Source: Candidatus Latescibacterota bacterium (GTDB lineage: Bacteria; Latescibacterota; UBA2968; UBA8231). From it: a DNA stretch of 64,000 nucleotides. The stretch is from contig CBDETY010000003.1 of the NCBI GenBank assembly GCA_965243025.1, forward strand, positions 864,001-928,000, written 5' to 3'. The translations under genes and the position numbers were made by a program. Shown piece by piece: positions 48,001 through 58,600 of the stretch (its first letter is position 1; every line of letters starts with the position of its first letter). The notes beneath the pieces were generated by a model, which ran no database searches, had not been told where the DNA came from, and saw only the letters and a list, made by a program, of their open reading frames with translations.

Positions 48001-49581
48001 TGCTCCTCGGCCGTTACCGTTACCGTTGGCGCGGCACCTGCCCCCGACCTGATTGTCGAGGCCCCAACGGTCAGCAACAGCAGCCCGACCGCAGGAGCCT
48101 CCTTCACCCTGAGGGCCACGGTCCGCAACCAGGGGAACGGGAGGTCGAGCTCGACCACCCTGCGCTACTACCGCTCCACCGACGCGACAGTCTCCACCAG
48201 CGACACCGAAGTCGGCACCGACCCGGTGACCACCCTGTCCGCTTCCCGAACCAGTGCCGAGTCGATCAGCCTCCCCGCTCCCTCCAGCGCCGGCACCTAC
48301 TACTACGGAGCTTGCGTCGAGAGCGTCCGCGACGAAACCGATACCGGAAACAACTGCTCCTCAGCGGTTACCGTAACCGTGGGTTCCGCCCCGGCCCCGG
48401 ACCTGGTCGTCGATGCCCCTGCGGTCAGCAACAGCAGCCCCACCGCCGGGACTTCCTTCAGGTTGAGCGCCACCGTTCGCAACCAGGGAACCGGCCAGTC
48501 CGCGTCGACAACCGTGCGTTTCTACCGCTCGAGCGACGGGACGATCTCTGCCAGCGACACGGAAGTGGGATCAGCCCACACAGTGGGCGGCCTTGCGGCC
48601 TCCCGAACAAGCACCCATTCAACCGACCTGACCGCCCCCTCGAGCGCCGGCACCTACTACTATGGCGCCTGTGTCGGGAGCGTCAGCGGCGAAACCAATT
48701 CCGGAAACAACTGCTCCTCAGCGGTGACCGTAACCGTTTCAGCGACCGTCACTCAGCCGGACCCTCAACCCGCCGGGATATCAAAGCTGTACTGGTCGGA
48801 CTGGGGCACGGACAAGATCCAGCGCGCCGACCTCGACGGCTCCAATGTCGAAGACCTGGTTTCCGGCGCCGGACTCAACGGCCCTGACGGGCTGTCTCTG
48901 GATCCGGCCGGCGGCAAGATCTACTGGGCGGATGCCGGCACCAACAAGATCCAGCGGGCAAACCTCGACGGTTCCGGGGTCGAAGACCTCGTCACCGGCC
49001 TGGGGATTCCATACGGCCTGGCGCTGGAGGTTGCCGGCGGCAAGATGTACTGGACCAACCGGCAGACGGGCAAGATCCAGCGGGCAAACCTCGACGGCTC
49101 CGGGGCCGAAGACCTGGTCACCAGCGGCTTGACTTTCCCCGGAGCCCTGGCTCTCGACGTGGCCGGCGGCAAGATGTACTGGACCAACCCGGGGGCGACG
49201 AAAATCCAGCGGGCCGACCTGAGCGGCTCCAACGTCGAAGACCTCGTCACCAGCGGGTTGAGCAGTCCCACCGGGCTGGCACTCGACGTAGCCGGCGGCA
49301 AGGTGTACTGGACCGACCGGGGATCGGACAAGATCCAGCGGGCGGACCTGAGCGGCTCCAATGTCGAAGATTTGGTCACCAGCGGCTTGACCAGTCCCAA
49401 CGGCCTGGCACTCGACGTGTCCGGCGGCAAGATGTACTGGACCGACGCGGAGACCAACAAGGTGCAGCGTGCGAACCTCGACGGCTCCGGGGTCGAAGAC
49501 CTTCTCACCAGCTCCGACGGACTGGTCGACCCATCCGGCATTGTCCTGGGAGCTGAGATCGCTGGTAGCAGCGGCACCTGA
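45082..49581 (+). CDS. Secreted modular protein: N-terminal FlgD-Ig, dockerin-like pair, two 6-bladed YWTD propellers, 4 CARDB-like domains
   Basis: Six K(M/I/L/V)YW(T/S/A)(D/N)...KIQRANLDG repeats at each end; PDLVV...NQG...YYRSTD...YYGACV...NNCS units; N-terminus paralogous to 31134. Confidence 0.92.
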   Translation: MKVAIGCLVWLLSSLQAEAESLVEGRVRLVSGDPAAGAQVLLFDLADLRLAPAAATTDEAGYFALPFGGLRGGVPVLPERFELGHNYPNPFNPSTVIPYQLPAPTRVRLEIFNILGQRVTTLVDGERPSGFHTARWNATDASGRAVAAGVYFYRLKGDGVHLTRRMVLIDGQAGIPSARGSGPSTAAGEAVETPPVAGLTVSGEGLVPYLDPAFRVEPGMAPVEVVVEALGGLRHGKVASSGILGDVDNNSRVDIFDALLVAVYSANPSLVMPNNGDITLGDVNRDGRTDLTDAYHIATYTVDSSDPGLPAGIGAAAAQQPQQPPPTGAAASKLYWSDWGTDKIQRADLDGSNVEDLVTGAGLNGPDGLALDEAGGKIYWTDAGTNKIQRANLDGSGVEDLVTGLGIPYGLSLDVTSDKMYWTNRQTGKIQRANLDGSGVEDLVTSGLTFPGALALDVGGGKMYWTNSGARKIQRANLNGTHVEDLITSGLSSPTGLALDAAGGKMYWTDRGTDKVQRANLSGTHVEDLVTSGLSSPNGLALDVAGGKMYWADERTSKVQRANLDGSGVEDLLTSADGLIDPSGVALGVDSQSGSGPSQGTGGGGGGNAPDLVVEAPTVSTSSPAAGASFTLRARVRNQGNDRSSSTTLRYYRSTDATVSTSDTEVGTDPVGSLSASRTSSESISLRAPSSTGTYYYGACVQSVTGETNTGNNCSATVSVTIGGATQTRTAFESSNPSGYTRITLDDGGRVWGVPTKFTTDSNTGTVAYMVLGSLKGCAFANAEADGQRIAYVKTQSLGRLSNYGSDTVCRKASSQWSSSWNGLRITHIRFFDESSPTNVSEAVYNASTGQIELGGGGGNNGGGGTAPSPDLVVDAPAVSNSSPTAGASFTLRATVRNQGTGRSGSTTLRYYRSTDAAISTSDTEVGTDPVSTLSASRTSSESIFLSAPSNADTYYYGACVESVSDESDTGNNCSSAVTVTVGAAPAPDLIVEAPTVSNSSPTAGASFTLRATVRNQGNGRSSSTTLRYYRSTDATVSTSDTEVGTDPVTTLSASRTSAESISLPAPSSAGTYYYGACVESVRDETDTGNNCSSAVTVTVGSAPAPDLVVDAPAVSNSSPTAGTSFRLSATVRNQGTGQSASTTVRFYRSSDGTISASDTEVGSAHTVGGLAASRTSTHSTDLTAPSSAGTYYYGACVGSVSGETNSGNNCSSAVTVTVSATVTQPDPQPAGISKLYWSDWGTDKIQRADLDGSNVEDLVSGAGLNGPDGLSLDPAGGKIYWADAGTNKIQRANLDGSGVEDLVTGLGIPYGLALEVAGGKMYWTNRQTGKIQRANLDGSGAEDLVTSGLTFPGALALDVAGGKMYWTNPGATKIQRADLSGSNVEDLVTSGLSSPTGLALDVAGGKVYWTDRGSDKIQRADLSGSNVEDLVTSGLTSPNGLALDVSGGKMYWTDAETNKVQRANLDGSGVEDLLTSSDGLVDPSGIVLGAEIAGSSGT

Positions 49582-49796
49582 TGGAGTGGGTGATGCGCTC
49601 CAGAATGTCCCCACCGGTTCCTTTGTTCCAGTGCGTCGTTCCGGCGGTGTCACGTCTTCCAGCTCCGGCGGAAACACGACCATCGTCCAACAATGGCGGC
49701 CGGATCGAATTGCAGGATGGAACCACGTATACCTGTATCGCCACCGGGGGATGCAGAGTCGAGAACGGGCGCGTCACCCTAGGGGAATTTGAGTAG
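49575..49796 (+). pseudogene. Frameshifted domain remnant directly after the YWTD gene
   Basis: GVGDALQNVPTGSFVP...SSSGGNTTI in one frame continues as NNGGRIELQDGTTYTC...GCRVENGRVT in another. Confidence 0.45.
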
Positions 49797-49809
49797 GACT
49801 TCCTGACTC

Positions 49810-52800
49810 ATGAAGACACAACCCCGTGAAAAATGCCTTGCGCTGATCCTGGTCTTTTCCGTTTTGGCCACCCCGAATACCGGCTACGGTCAAGTACCTA
49901 CGCTGGTTGCATCCACGTCGTCGCCGCTGACCGAGACGATACTGGATGGCGGGCAGGTGGCGCTGCTGCTGTCCAACGGTTCGTACGCTCGGAGTACCTC
50001 CGACATCCGGAACGCGGTGAGGGTGTCCGGAATCCCAGGCGTGACGGTCGACCGCATAGTTCGGTTGGGGAACACGGCGGTGACCCTTGTCCTGGATTTC
50101 AGCGGCCATATGGGCAGCGACGGCACTCTGACCTTCACGGTAGGGGCGCAGGCCCTGGCGAACTACAACGGCCCCGCCCTCACCGCAGAACTGCCCGTCA
50201 CCGCGGCATCAGCAGTATCCCTGACCGCATCCACCCCGTACGGGCTGTGGGAATCCACGCTGAACGGCAGCGTGGTGACGCTGACCCTGAGGGGCCGCTT
50301 CTACGAGCGGACCGACCTCAGGAATTTCGTGGCGGTGTCGGGCATCACCGGCGTAACGGTCGACAATGAATTTGGAATAAAGCGCGCCAGCGACACCGAG
50401 CTGACGGTCGAGCTCACCTACCTCGACGATTTCGTCGCCCCAATGGCCACCGACGGCACCCTGACCTTCACGGTGCATGCACAGGCTATCGCGGACTACA
50501 ACGGCCCCGCCCTCACCGTAGAAGTACCGGTCACCGCCGGCATCGGCCCCTTCAGCCACGACCCCGCCAGGGACCTCACCTTGGACGCTGAAAACAAAGC
50601 CCCCGGGGCTATCTGGTCGGACGGGAAGACCCTGTGGGTGGCGGACTTCTTTGAAGACAAGCTGTTCGCCTATGACCTGTCCACCAGGGCCCGCGACCCC
50701 GCCCGGGACTTCACCTTGGACGCTGAAAACAGAGCCCCCGGGGGAATCTGGTCCGACGGTATCACCATGTGGGTGGTGGAGGCCGCTGACCGGCAGAAAA
50801 AGATTTTCGCCTACGACATGACCACCAGGGCCCGCGACCCCTCAGAAGACTTCAATACCCTGGACGATGACAACGAGGTCCCCAGGGGCCTCTGGTCGGA
50901 CGGCGCCACCATGTGGGTGGCCGACGGCTGGGGTATTGCCAAGCTGTACGCCTATGACCTGACCACCAAGGCCCGAGTCCCCGCCAAGGACATCGAAACC
51001 AGTTACGATCACGACCATTGGTGGGTCACGGGAATCTGGTCGGACGGCATCACCATGTGGATAACGTACCATGACCCGTACGATGACACCCCAGAGGTGG
51101 CGCTGTACGCCTATGACATGACCACCAAGTGGACCATCAAGGCGCGCGACCCCGCCAAGGATTTCAATTCCCTGAGGGCCGCAGGAAACGACGCCCCGAG
51201 TTTCATCGGGTCGGACGGAACCACTCTGTGGGTGGTGGACTACCTGGATGCCAAGCTGTACGCCTACCTGCTGCCGTCCTCGCCGCCCAAGCCGGCCAAC
51301 CCCGACTTGACTGTCCGGCCCGCTGCGGTCAGCAACAGCAGCCCTCCCGCCGGGGCTTCCTTCACCCTCAGCACCACCGTCCTCAACAAGGGCACGGCCC
51401 AGTCGCCGGGGACCACGCTGCGGTTCTACCGCTCGACCGACGAGACCATCTCCCTATCCGATACGGAAGTGGGATCCCAACCCGTGAGCGGCCTTGCGGT
51501 TGCGGCAAGCAGCGACCATTTCATCGACCTGACCGCACCGTCAGGTTTCGGCGGCTTCTACTACGGGGCCTGCGTCGAGAGCGTCGGCGAAGAACACGTT
51601 ACCCTCAACAACTGCTCCCGTGCGGTAGCCGTAGTCTTTGGCCGCGACCCCGCCCGGGACTTCAACACCCTGAAAGCCGCCGGAAACAACGTCCCCTCTG
51701 GCCTCTGGTCGGACGGCACCACCATGTGGGTGGCGGACTGGGATGACACGATTTACGCCTACAACCTGTCCACCAAGGCCCGGGACCCAGGCAAGGACTT
51801 CAATGCCCTGGTCGGGAGATGGTCCTCTGGCCTCTGGTCGGACGGCATCACCATGTGGGTCGCGGACTCCTACTATGAGTATGTGTACGCCTACCACATG
51901 GTCACCAAGACCCGGGACTTCAAAAGGAACTTCGCCACCGAGACCTTCAACTCCGATTCCGGGGGCCTCTGGTCGGACGGGACGACCCTGTGGGTGGCGG
52001 ACGGGGAAGGGGATTCCCACGACGGCGAGATTTACGCCTACAACCTGTCCACCAGGACTCCAGACCGCTCAAAAAAATTTGAAACCTTGGAAGCCGCTGG
52101 AAACAACCTCCCCTCTGGCCTCTGGTCGGATGGCACCACCATGTGGGTGGCGGACTACGATGACGGCAAGATTTACGCCTACGACATGACTACCAAGGCC
52201 CGCGACCCGGGCAAGGACTTCAATGCCCTGGAAGCCGCGGGAAACGACCGCCCCTCAGGCCTCTGGTCGGACGGCACCACCATGTGGGTCGCCGACATCG
52301 GTGACGGCAAGATTTACGCCTACGACATGGATGTCGCCACCTTCGGGAACGAACCGCAGGACACTCCCGCACCGAATCTCGTCGTCGATGCCCCTACGGT
52401 CACCAACAGCAGCCCGGCCGCCGGAGCCTCCTTCACCCTGAGGGCGACCGTCCGCAACCAAGGTGCCGCCCGGTCCGGCTCGACCACCCTGCGCTACTAC
52501 CGCTCCACCGACGGGACGATCTCTACCCGCGATACGGAGGTCGGCACCGACCCGGTAAGCAGCCTGTCCGCTTCCCGCACCAGCGCCGAGTCGATCAGCC
52601 TCACCGCCCCGTCAAGCGCCGGCACCTACTACTACGGCGCCTGCGTCGCGAGCGTCAGCGGCGAAACCGATACCGGGAACAACTGCTCCCCGGCCGTGGC
52701 CGTGACCGTAGCCGCCATCGCTACCGGGACGGGCGATTTCAACGGCGACGGCACGGTGGATTTCGCCGACTTCTTCGAGTTCGTCGACGCCTTCGGCGGC

Positions 52801-53211
52801 ACCGACGCCCGTTTCGACCTCAACGGCGACGGCACGGTGGATTTCTCCGACTTCTTCGAGTTCGTCGACGCCTTCGGCCAGTCCGGACAGGCCAAGCTGC
52901 TGGCCATGGCCCGGGACATGATCGGGCTGCCCAGTGAAACCGAATTGCAGCAGAACGCACCCAATCCGTTCAACAACGAGACCGTCATTTCCTGGTTCCT
53001 CCTGGAGCCGGGGCCAGCGCGACTGGAGGTGTTCGCGCTGAACGGGCAACGGGTGGCGGTCCTGCGCCAGGGGCCGCAGCAGGCCGGCTTCCACCGCATC
53101 CACTGGGACGGCCGCGACGACATGGGCCGTTCCCTGGCCAGCGGCGTATACCTCTACCGGCTGGTGAGCGCCGAGACGGTACTGACCCGCAAGCTCACCC
53201 TGCTGAGGTAA
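49810..53211 (+). CDS. Secreted modular protein: two Ig-like units, two 5-repeat WSDG blocks, 2 CARDB-like domains, EF-hand pair, FlgD-Ig
   Basis: Signal peptide; repeats DFNTLxAAGNxxPxGxWSDGTTMWVADxxDxKxYAY; NAPNPFN...RKLTLLR. Confidence 0.9.
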   Translation: MKTQPREKCLALILVFSVLATPNTGYGQVPTLVASTSSPLTETILDGGQVALLLSNGSYARSTSDIRNAVRVSGIPGVTVDRIVRLGNTAVTLVLDFSGHMGSDGTLTFTVGAQALANYNGPALTAELPVTAASAVSLTASTPYGLWESTLNGSVVTLTLRGRFYERTDLRNFVAVSGITGVTVDNEFGIKRASDTELTVELTYLDDFVAPMATDGTLTFTVHAQAIADYNGPALTVEVPVTAGIGPFSHDPARDLTLDAENKAPGAIWSDGKTLWVADFFEDKLFAYDLSTRARDPARDFTLDAENRAPGGIWSDGITMWVVEAADRQKKIFAYDMTTRARDPSEDFNTLDDDNEVPRGLWSDGATMWVADGWGIAKLYAYDLTTKARVPAKDIETSYDHDHWWVTGIWSDGITMWITYHDPYDDTPEVALYAYDMTTKWTIKARDPAKDFNSLRAAGNDAPSFIGSDGTTLWVVDYLDAKLYAYLLPSSPPKPANPDLTVRPAAVSNSSPPAGASFTLSTTVLNKGTAQSPGTTLRFYRSTDETISLSDTEVGSQPVSGLAVAASSDHFIDLTAPSGFGGFYYGACVESVGEEHVTLNNCSRAVAVVFGRDPARDFNTLKAAGNNVPSGLWSDGTTMWVADWDDTIYAYNLSTKARDPGKDFNALVGRWSSGLWSDGITMWVADSYYEYVYAYHMVTKTRDFKRNFATETFNSDSGGLWSDGTTLWVADGEGDSHDGEIYAYNLSTRTPDRSKKFETLEAAGNNLPSGLWSDGTTMWVADYDDGKIYAYDMTTKARDPGKDFNALEAAGNDRPSGLWSDGTTMWVADIGDGKIYAYDMDVATFGNEPQDTPAPNLVVDAPTVTNSSPAAGASFTLRATVRNQGAARSGSTTLRYYRSTDGTISTRDTEVGTDPVSSLSASRTSAESISLTAPSSAGTYYYGACVASVSGETDTGNNCSPAVAVTVAAIATGTGDFNGDGTVDFADFFEFVDAFGGTDARFDLNGDGTVDFSDFFEFVDAFGQSGQAKLLAMARDMIGLPSETELQQNAPNPFNNETVISWFLLEPGPARLEVFALNGQRVAVLRQGPQQAGFHRIHWDGRDDMGRSLASGVYLYRLVSAETVLTRKLTLLR

Positions 53212-53222
53212 AGCATTCCTGA

Positions 53223-55550
53223 ATGAAAAACACATTCATCAATCGAAAACTCATCGTGCCGGTCCTCGCGGCGATGCTGGTCGTATGCGTCCTGCACGGC
53301 ACCAGCCACGGGGGAGGCACCATTGGTGACGTGGTCGGAGGAATCGTCAGCGTCACGGTAGGCCTTGTCGATGTCGCCGTCGGAGTCGTTGAGGTCGCCG
53401 TCGGAGTCATCGACCTCACCGTCAGCCTCGTTACCACCCTCACCTTGCATACGGCGGCCGTCACCGCCGCGATCTTCAGCCCGGACGGCGCCACGCTGAT
53501 CAGCGCAAGTCTCGACCTCACCGTTGCATTGTGGGATCTCGGGACCGGGTTGCTCAGGGCTACCCTGGAGCATCTGTCTCCGGTCCTGAGCCTGGCCCTG
53601 TGTCCCATAGATGGCTGCCTGCTGGCCAGCGCGACCCTGGACGGAAACCTTCACTTGTGGAACCCGGACACCGGGCACCTCGTCAGGACGGTCGGGCATA
53701 CGGGTGCGATCCTGAGCACGGCCTTCAGTCTCCTTGACCACACCCTGCTGGCCAGTGGAAGCGCAGACGGGACCGTACGCCTCTGGAATGCGGAAACGGG
53801 CGCGATCCAGCGGACGCTCACTGGGCATACCGACAGCGTCCTGAGCGTGGCCTTCAGTTCCAATGGGGGCACGTTGGCCAGCGGCAGCGCTGACGGCACC
53901 ATCCGCCTCTGGAACCCGGACACCGGGCTGCTCGACACCACCCTCACCGGGCATACGGGGTCGGTATTGAGCTTGGCCTTCGGTTCCGACGGCGGCCTGC
54001 TCGCCAGCGGCAGCGCCGACGGCACGGCGCGTTTCTGGGATCCTTCCACCGGGGATCACAAAGCCACTTTGGATCACGAATCCCCTGTCCTGAGCATGGC
54101 CTTCAGTCCGAAGGACAGCCTGTTCGCCAGCGGCAGCGCCGACGGCTCTGCGCACTTGTGGGACCCCCTCACCTGGGAAAGAGAGGCGACCCTGGGGCAC
54201 GAGTCCCCGGTCCGCAGCCTGTCCTTCAGTCCCGACGGAAGCCTACTGGTCAGCGGGGCCGGGGACGGCAAGGTGCGCCAGTGGCAGATCACGCAGGTAG
54301 CCCCGTGTTGCCCCCGGAGCCTGGCCCAGGATTTCAATACCCTGAAAACCGCGGGAAACAACCTCCCCGTTGGTATCTGGTCGGACGGCATTACCCTGTG
54401 GGTATCGGATCTCAGCGCGTCGCTTTTCGCCTACGACCTGTCCACCAAAGCCCGCGACCCCGGCAAGGATTTCAATACCCTGAAAGCCACTGGAAACAAC
54501 TACCCCAGGGGCATCTGGTCGGACGGAACCACCATGTGGGTGGCGGACTGGTTTGACGAGAAGCTGTACGCCTACAACCTGTCCACCAAGGCCCACGACT
54601 CCGCCAAGGATTTCAATACCCTGAGAGCCGCTGGAAACGTCTACCCTGCCGGCATCTGGTCGGACGGAGCCAAAATGTGGGTGACCGACTCCATTGAAGG
54701 CAAGCTGTACGCCTACGACATGGCCTCCAAAGCCCGCGACCCCGGACAAGATTTCAATACCCTGAAAACCGCTGGAAACAACCTCCCCGTTGGCCTCTGG
54801 TCGGACGGCATCACCCTGTGGGTATCGGATCAAAGCGGGTCGCTTCACGCCTACAACCTGTCCACCAAGGCCCACGACCTCGCCAAGGACTTTTACACCC
54901 TGAAAGACGCTGGAAACAACTGGCCCGAGGATATCTGGTCGGATGGAACCACCATGTGGGTGGCGGACAGGAGCGATGGAAAGATCTATGCCTACGACAT
55001 GCCGGCTAGCCGCGGCACCGGGGCCCCAGATACGGCAACCCCGGAACCGTCAACGCAAGCGCCAGCCCCCACCGATTTCAACGGCGACGGAAGGACCGAT
55101 TTCGCCGACTTCTTCCTGTTCATCGACGCCTTCGAAGGGACGGATCCCCGTTTCGACCTGGACGGCAATGGCACGGTCGACTTCGTCGACTTCTTCCGGT
55201 TCATCGACGATTTCGACCAGCCTGAGAGGGCAAAGATGGTGGCCCTGGCCCAGGAACTGTTCGGTTTGCCCAGTGAAACCCAGTTGCAGCAAAACTCCCC
55301 CAACCCGTTCAACAGCGAAACGGTCATTTCCTGGTCTCTGCTCGAGCCGGGTCAAACGCGAATCGAAGTGTTCGCGCTGACGGGACAACGGGTAGCGGTT
55401 CCGCATGAGGGGCCCCAGGAGACCGGTTACCACCGTACTCACTGGGACGGCCGCAACGCAGAGGGTCGCCCCTTGGCCAGCGGCGTCTATCTGTACAGGC
55501 TGGTGACGGGGGAGGGCGTTTTGACGCGGAAGCTCACCTTGCTGCGTTGA
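53223..55550 (+). CDS. Secreted protein: Val/Gly heptads, 7 WD40 repeats, 5 WSDG repeats, EF-hand pair, FlgD-Ig
   Basis: Motifs read from the 775-aa translation; NSPNPFN...RKLTLLR. Confidence 0.9.
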   Translation: MKNTFINRKLIVPVLAAMLVVCVLHGTSHGGGTIGDVVGGIVSVTVGLVDVAVGVVEVAVGVIDLTVSLVTTLTLHTAAVTAAIFSPDGATLISASLDLTVALWDLGTGLLRATLEHLSPVLSLALCPIDGCLLASATLDGNLHLWNPDTGHLVRTVGHTGAILSTAFSLLDHTLLASGSADGTVRLWNAETGAIQRTLTGHTDSVLSVAFSSNGGTLASGSADGTIRLWNPDTGLLDTTLTGHTGSVLSLAFGSDGGLLASGSADGTARFWDPSTGDHKATLDHESPVLSMAFSPKDSLFASGSADGSAHLWDPLTWEREATLGHESPVRSLSFSPDGSLLVSGAGDGKVRQWQITQVAPCCPRSLAQDFNTLKTAGNNLPVGIWSDGITLWVSDLSASLFAYDLSTKARDPGKDFNTLKATGNNYPRGIWSDGTTMWVADWFDEKLYAYNLSTKAHDSAKDFNTLRAAGNVYPAGIWSDGAKMWVTDSIEGKLYAYDMASKARDPGQDFNTLKTAGNNLPVGLWSDGITLWVSDQSGSLHAYNLSTKAHDLAKDFYTLKDAGNNWPEDIWSDGTTMWVADRSDGKIYAYDMPASRGTGAPDTATPEPSTQAPAPTDFNGDGRTDFADFFLFIDAFEGTDPRFDLDGNGTVDFVDFFRFIDDFDQPERAKMVALAQELFGLPSETQLQQNSPNPFNSETVISWSLLEPGQTRIEVFALTGQRVAVPHEGPQETGYHRTHWDGRNAEGRPLASGVYLYRLVTGEGVLTRKLTLLR

Positions 55551-55625
55551 TGGGTAGGTGTGCTGAAATACTCAGTGGGAGCCACCCTGGGTGGACACAG
55601 AACGAAATTACAGGAGCATAGCCCC

Positions 55626-58600
55626 ATGATAACTCCTGTTTTTTGCTTGGTGTTGTTGGCGTTTCTCAGTTCTTTTTTGACACCCCTGGCGGTCGCCTTT
55701 GCTTCGCCCTCGCCACCTGATAGCGTGCATTTTTCCTGCCAGCTTGTTGATCGCGAGCAGTTTGAGCAGGATCAATCCATTCCCGCGGCAAAGCGGCTAC
55801 AGGATCTGAACGTCGGCGACCCCCGCACGGTGCGGCTCATTTACTACGTACCTGATGACCGTACATATCGCGCCGAGGTAGTTGAAGAGATAAAAACGGG
55901 AATTCGGGAAGTTCAGACCTTCTTCGCCGATCGGATGGAGGCACATGGACACGGTCGAAAAACCTTTACCATTGAAACGGATGACCAAAGCGCCCCGATT
56001 GTTCATCGTGTGGATGGGGGTAAAATTGGAGAGACATTTGATACTAGTAGGAACATCTTCTTAATCGTTGTGGATGACGGAGCAGAGATTAGTCATGGTG
56101 CTACATTCTTGCCTGGTACAAGAAAGGAGGGGATAACAGCGTTCATTTACGGGGGCTGGGACTGGTTTGCAGCAGCGCACGAACTTGGACATGCCTTCTA
56201 CTTGGGTCACGACTTCCGCACTGGTGTCTCGAAGGGTACGGGTATCATGTCGTACGGGCGTGCGGCCCGGTCATCTGCAAGTCTGTCTGCGTGCGCTGCC
56301 GAGCTTCTATCCGTTCATCCCTACTTCAATTCCGCGATCTCAATTGAAGACGGGACACCCCCAACAATTGAACTGACCTCGGCGACTACCTATCCGGTGG
56401 GGTCACAGAGCGTGCCGATCCGACTGAGAATAAAAGATTCAGAGGGCCTCCACCAGGTGATCCTATCAGTAAGCACGCAAATTCACTATATCGGTGGTAC
56501 CGAATTAAAGGCATGTCGCCGACTTGCCAACGAAGACGATAGCGTCATTGAATTCACTTACGATGGCATTGTTCCATCGTCTACTTTTGGTTCCTCGCAA
56601 ACCAGTTTCTCCAATCCCCTTGTCCATAAATTTTCTGTGATGGCGGTTGATACGGATGGGAATAGACACATAGAATTTTTTACTCTCCGACCAGATACCT
56701 GGGAGTACCACATCACGACCATTACGGCCCATTCAGATGGCATCTCGTCTTTCGCATTTTCGCCCGATGGGACAATCCTCGCTGCTTCATCAACGTCATA
56801 TAATGGAGAAGTCAAGTTTTGGGACGTGGAGACAAGAGCGGATACTGGCACCATCCTTTATGAAGAAAAATACGTACAATCTGTAGCATTCTCCCCTGAT
56901 GGAACCATACTCGCTTTAGGGACTGGCGGTTATGGCGAGAGGCGACGGATTGATTTATGGGACGTGGCAGCGCGAACCAGTATTGGCCCCTTTGTAACAG
57001 AACCCGCGCCGTACTATCGGGGATTTCGTTCGATAGTGTTCTCACCCGATGGGACAAAACTCGCTTCAGTGATGCGTGGCGACGAAAGGGCCGACGACCG
57101 TCCTGTCAAACTATGGGATGTTGTGACCAGAGAAATTATCGACACCTTCGAAGGGTCGGGAGTGGCCTTTTCGCCTGATGGGACGATACTTGTTACAGTG
57201 TTAAAGAGTGAAGTGAACTTGTGGGACGTAGCAACGCGAACCCATATCGCCACCATCCAAGACGATAGGACTTCCACTTGGATTGAGGCGTGGCACAGGA
57301 CTATCACCTCGGTAGCATTCTCGCCTGATGGAACAACACTCGCTATAAAAAGAAGGGATAACACATTCGGACTGTGGAATCTGGTGACTCAAGAAAAGAT
57401 CGGGCACTACGGTTGGCCGGATCCACGCGGTGGACGCGGTAGTGGTGCAGTGTTCTCACCGGATGGGTCCATACTTGCCAGCACGTCAACGCATTCGCTA
57501 GATGATCGCTATTTAGATACTGAAATCAACCTGTTTGAGATGACGACAAAAAGTAGAAGGATCGTCGGAACTCTCTCAGGGCATACGAGAGCAGTCACTT
57601 CCGCAGCATTCTCACCGGATGGAAAAATCCTCGCATCCACTGAGAGACATGGTACAACTATCAGGCTCTGGGATACGTCTGAATGGGCAGGTACCCCAGT
57701 GGTCAATCATCCTCCAACGGGTAGGGTAACCATCCGCGGCAGGGCAAAAGTGGGTGAGACCCTGGAAGCAGACGCTTCCGCCGTAGGGGATCCGGACGGG
57801 CCGTTAGCGCTTGAGTTCAGCTACCAGTGGTTGGGAGATCTCTCGCCGATCGCAGGCGCGAAATCTCAAACTTACACCCTAACTGAAAATGAGATCGGCA
57901 AGACTATCAGGGTGCGCGCCAATTATATCGATGGCCTGGGTGCGCCGGTGTACGTTGCCAGCGGAGAAACGGAGATAGTCAATGTGGGAATCTGCGGCCG
58001 CACCACGGAGGTCCAGACTGCCATTCTTGACGACATTGCCGGTATTTCTGACTGCGCGAAGGTGACCGATTCTCACCTCGCGGCGATTACCGATGGCATG
58101 GACGTCACGCTCGGCAGTTCCGTGAAGGCCGGCGATTTCCACGGCCTCACCGGTCTGACTGCATTTGGGCTGGACACGGGGCAGTTGACTTCGCTGCCCG
58201 TTGGGATGTTCACCGACCTCAGCAACGTGACGTACATGGAAATGTACGGCGAGCAATTGACCACTTTGCCCGCTGGGGCGTTCGATGGGCTCACAAGCTT
58301 AACTCTATTTTCCCTAGCTGCGCGGCAGTTGACTGCGCTGCCGGTTGGGGTGTTTGACCCTCTAACTAATCTGACACAGGTAGGATTCGCCGCTAACCTG
58401 AGGACGCTGCCCGATGGCATCTTTGATCAATTAACCGAGCTAAAAAGCCTCAGTCTCAGACTAAGGGGCACTCAACTCACAAGCATGCCCGGTGGCATCT
58501 TTGATCAGTTGACCAACCTGATATCGCTTCACCTTATTACCCCTTCCACAGGCCTACCCGATGGTATCTTTGATCAACTGACTAATCTGACAACGCTTTC

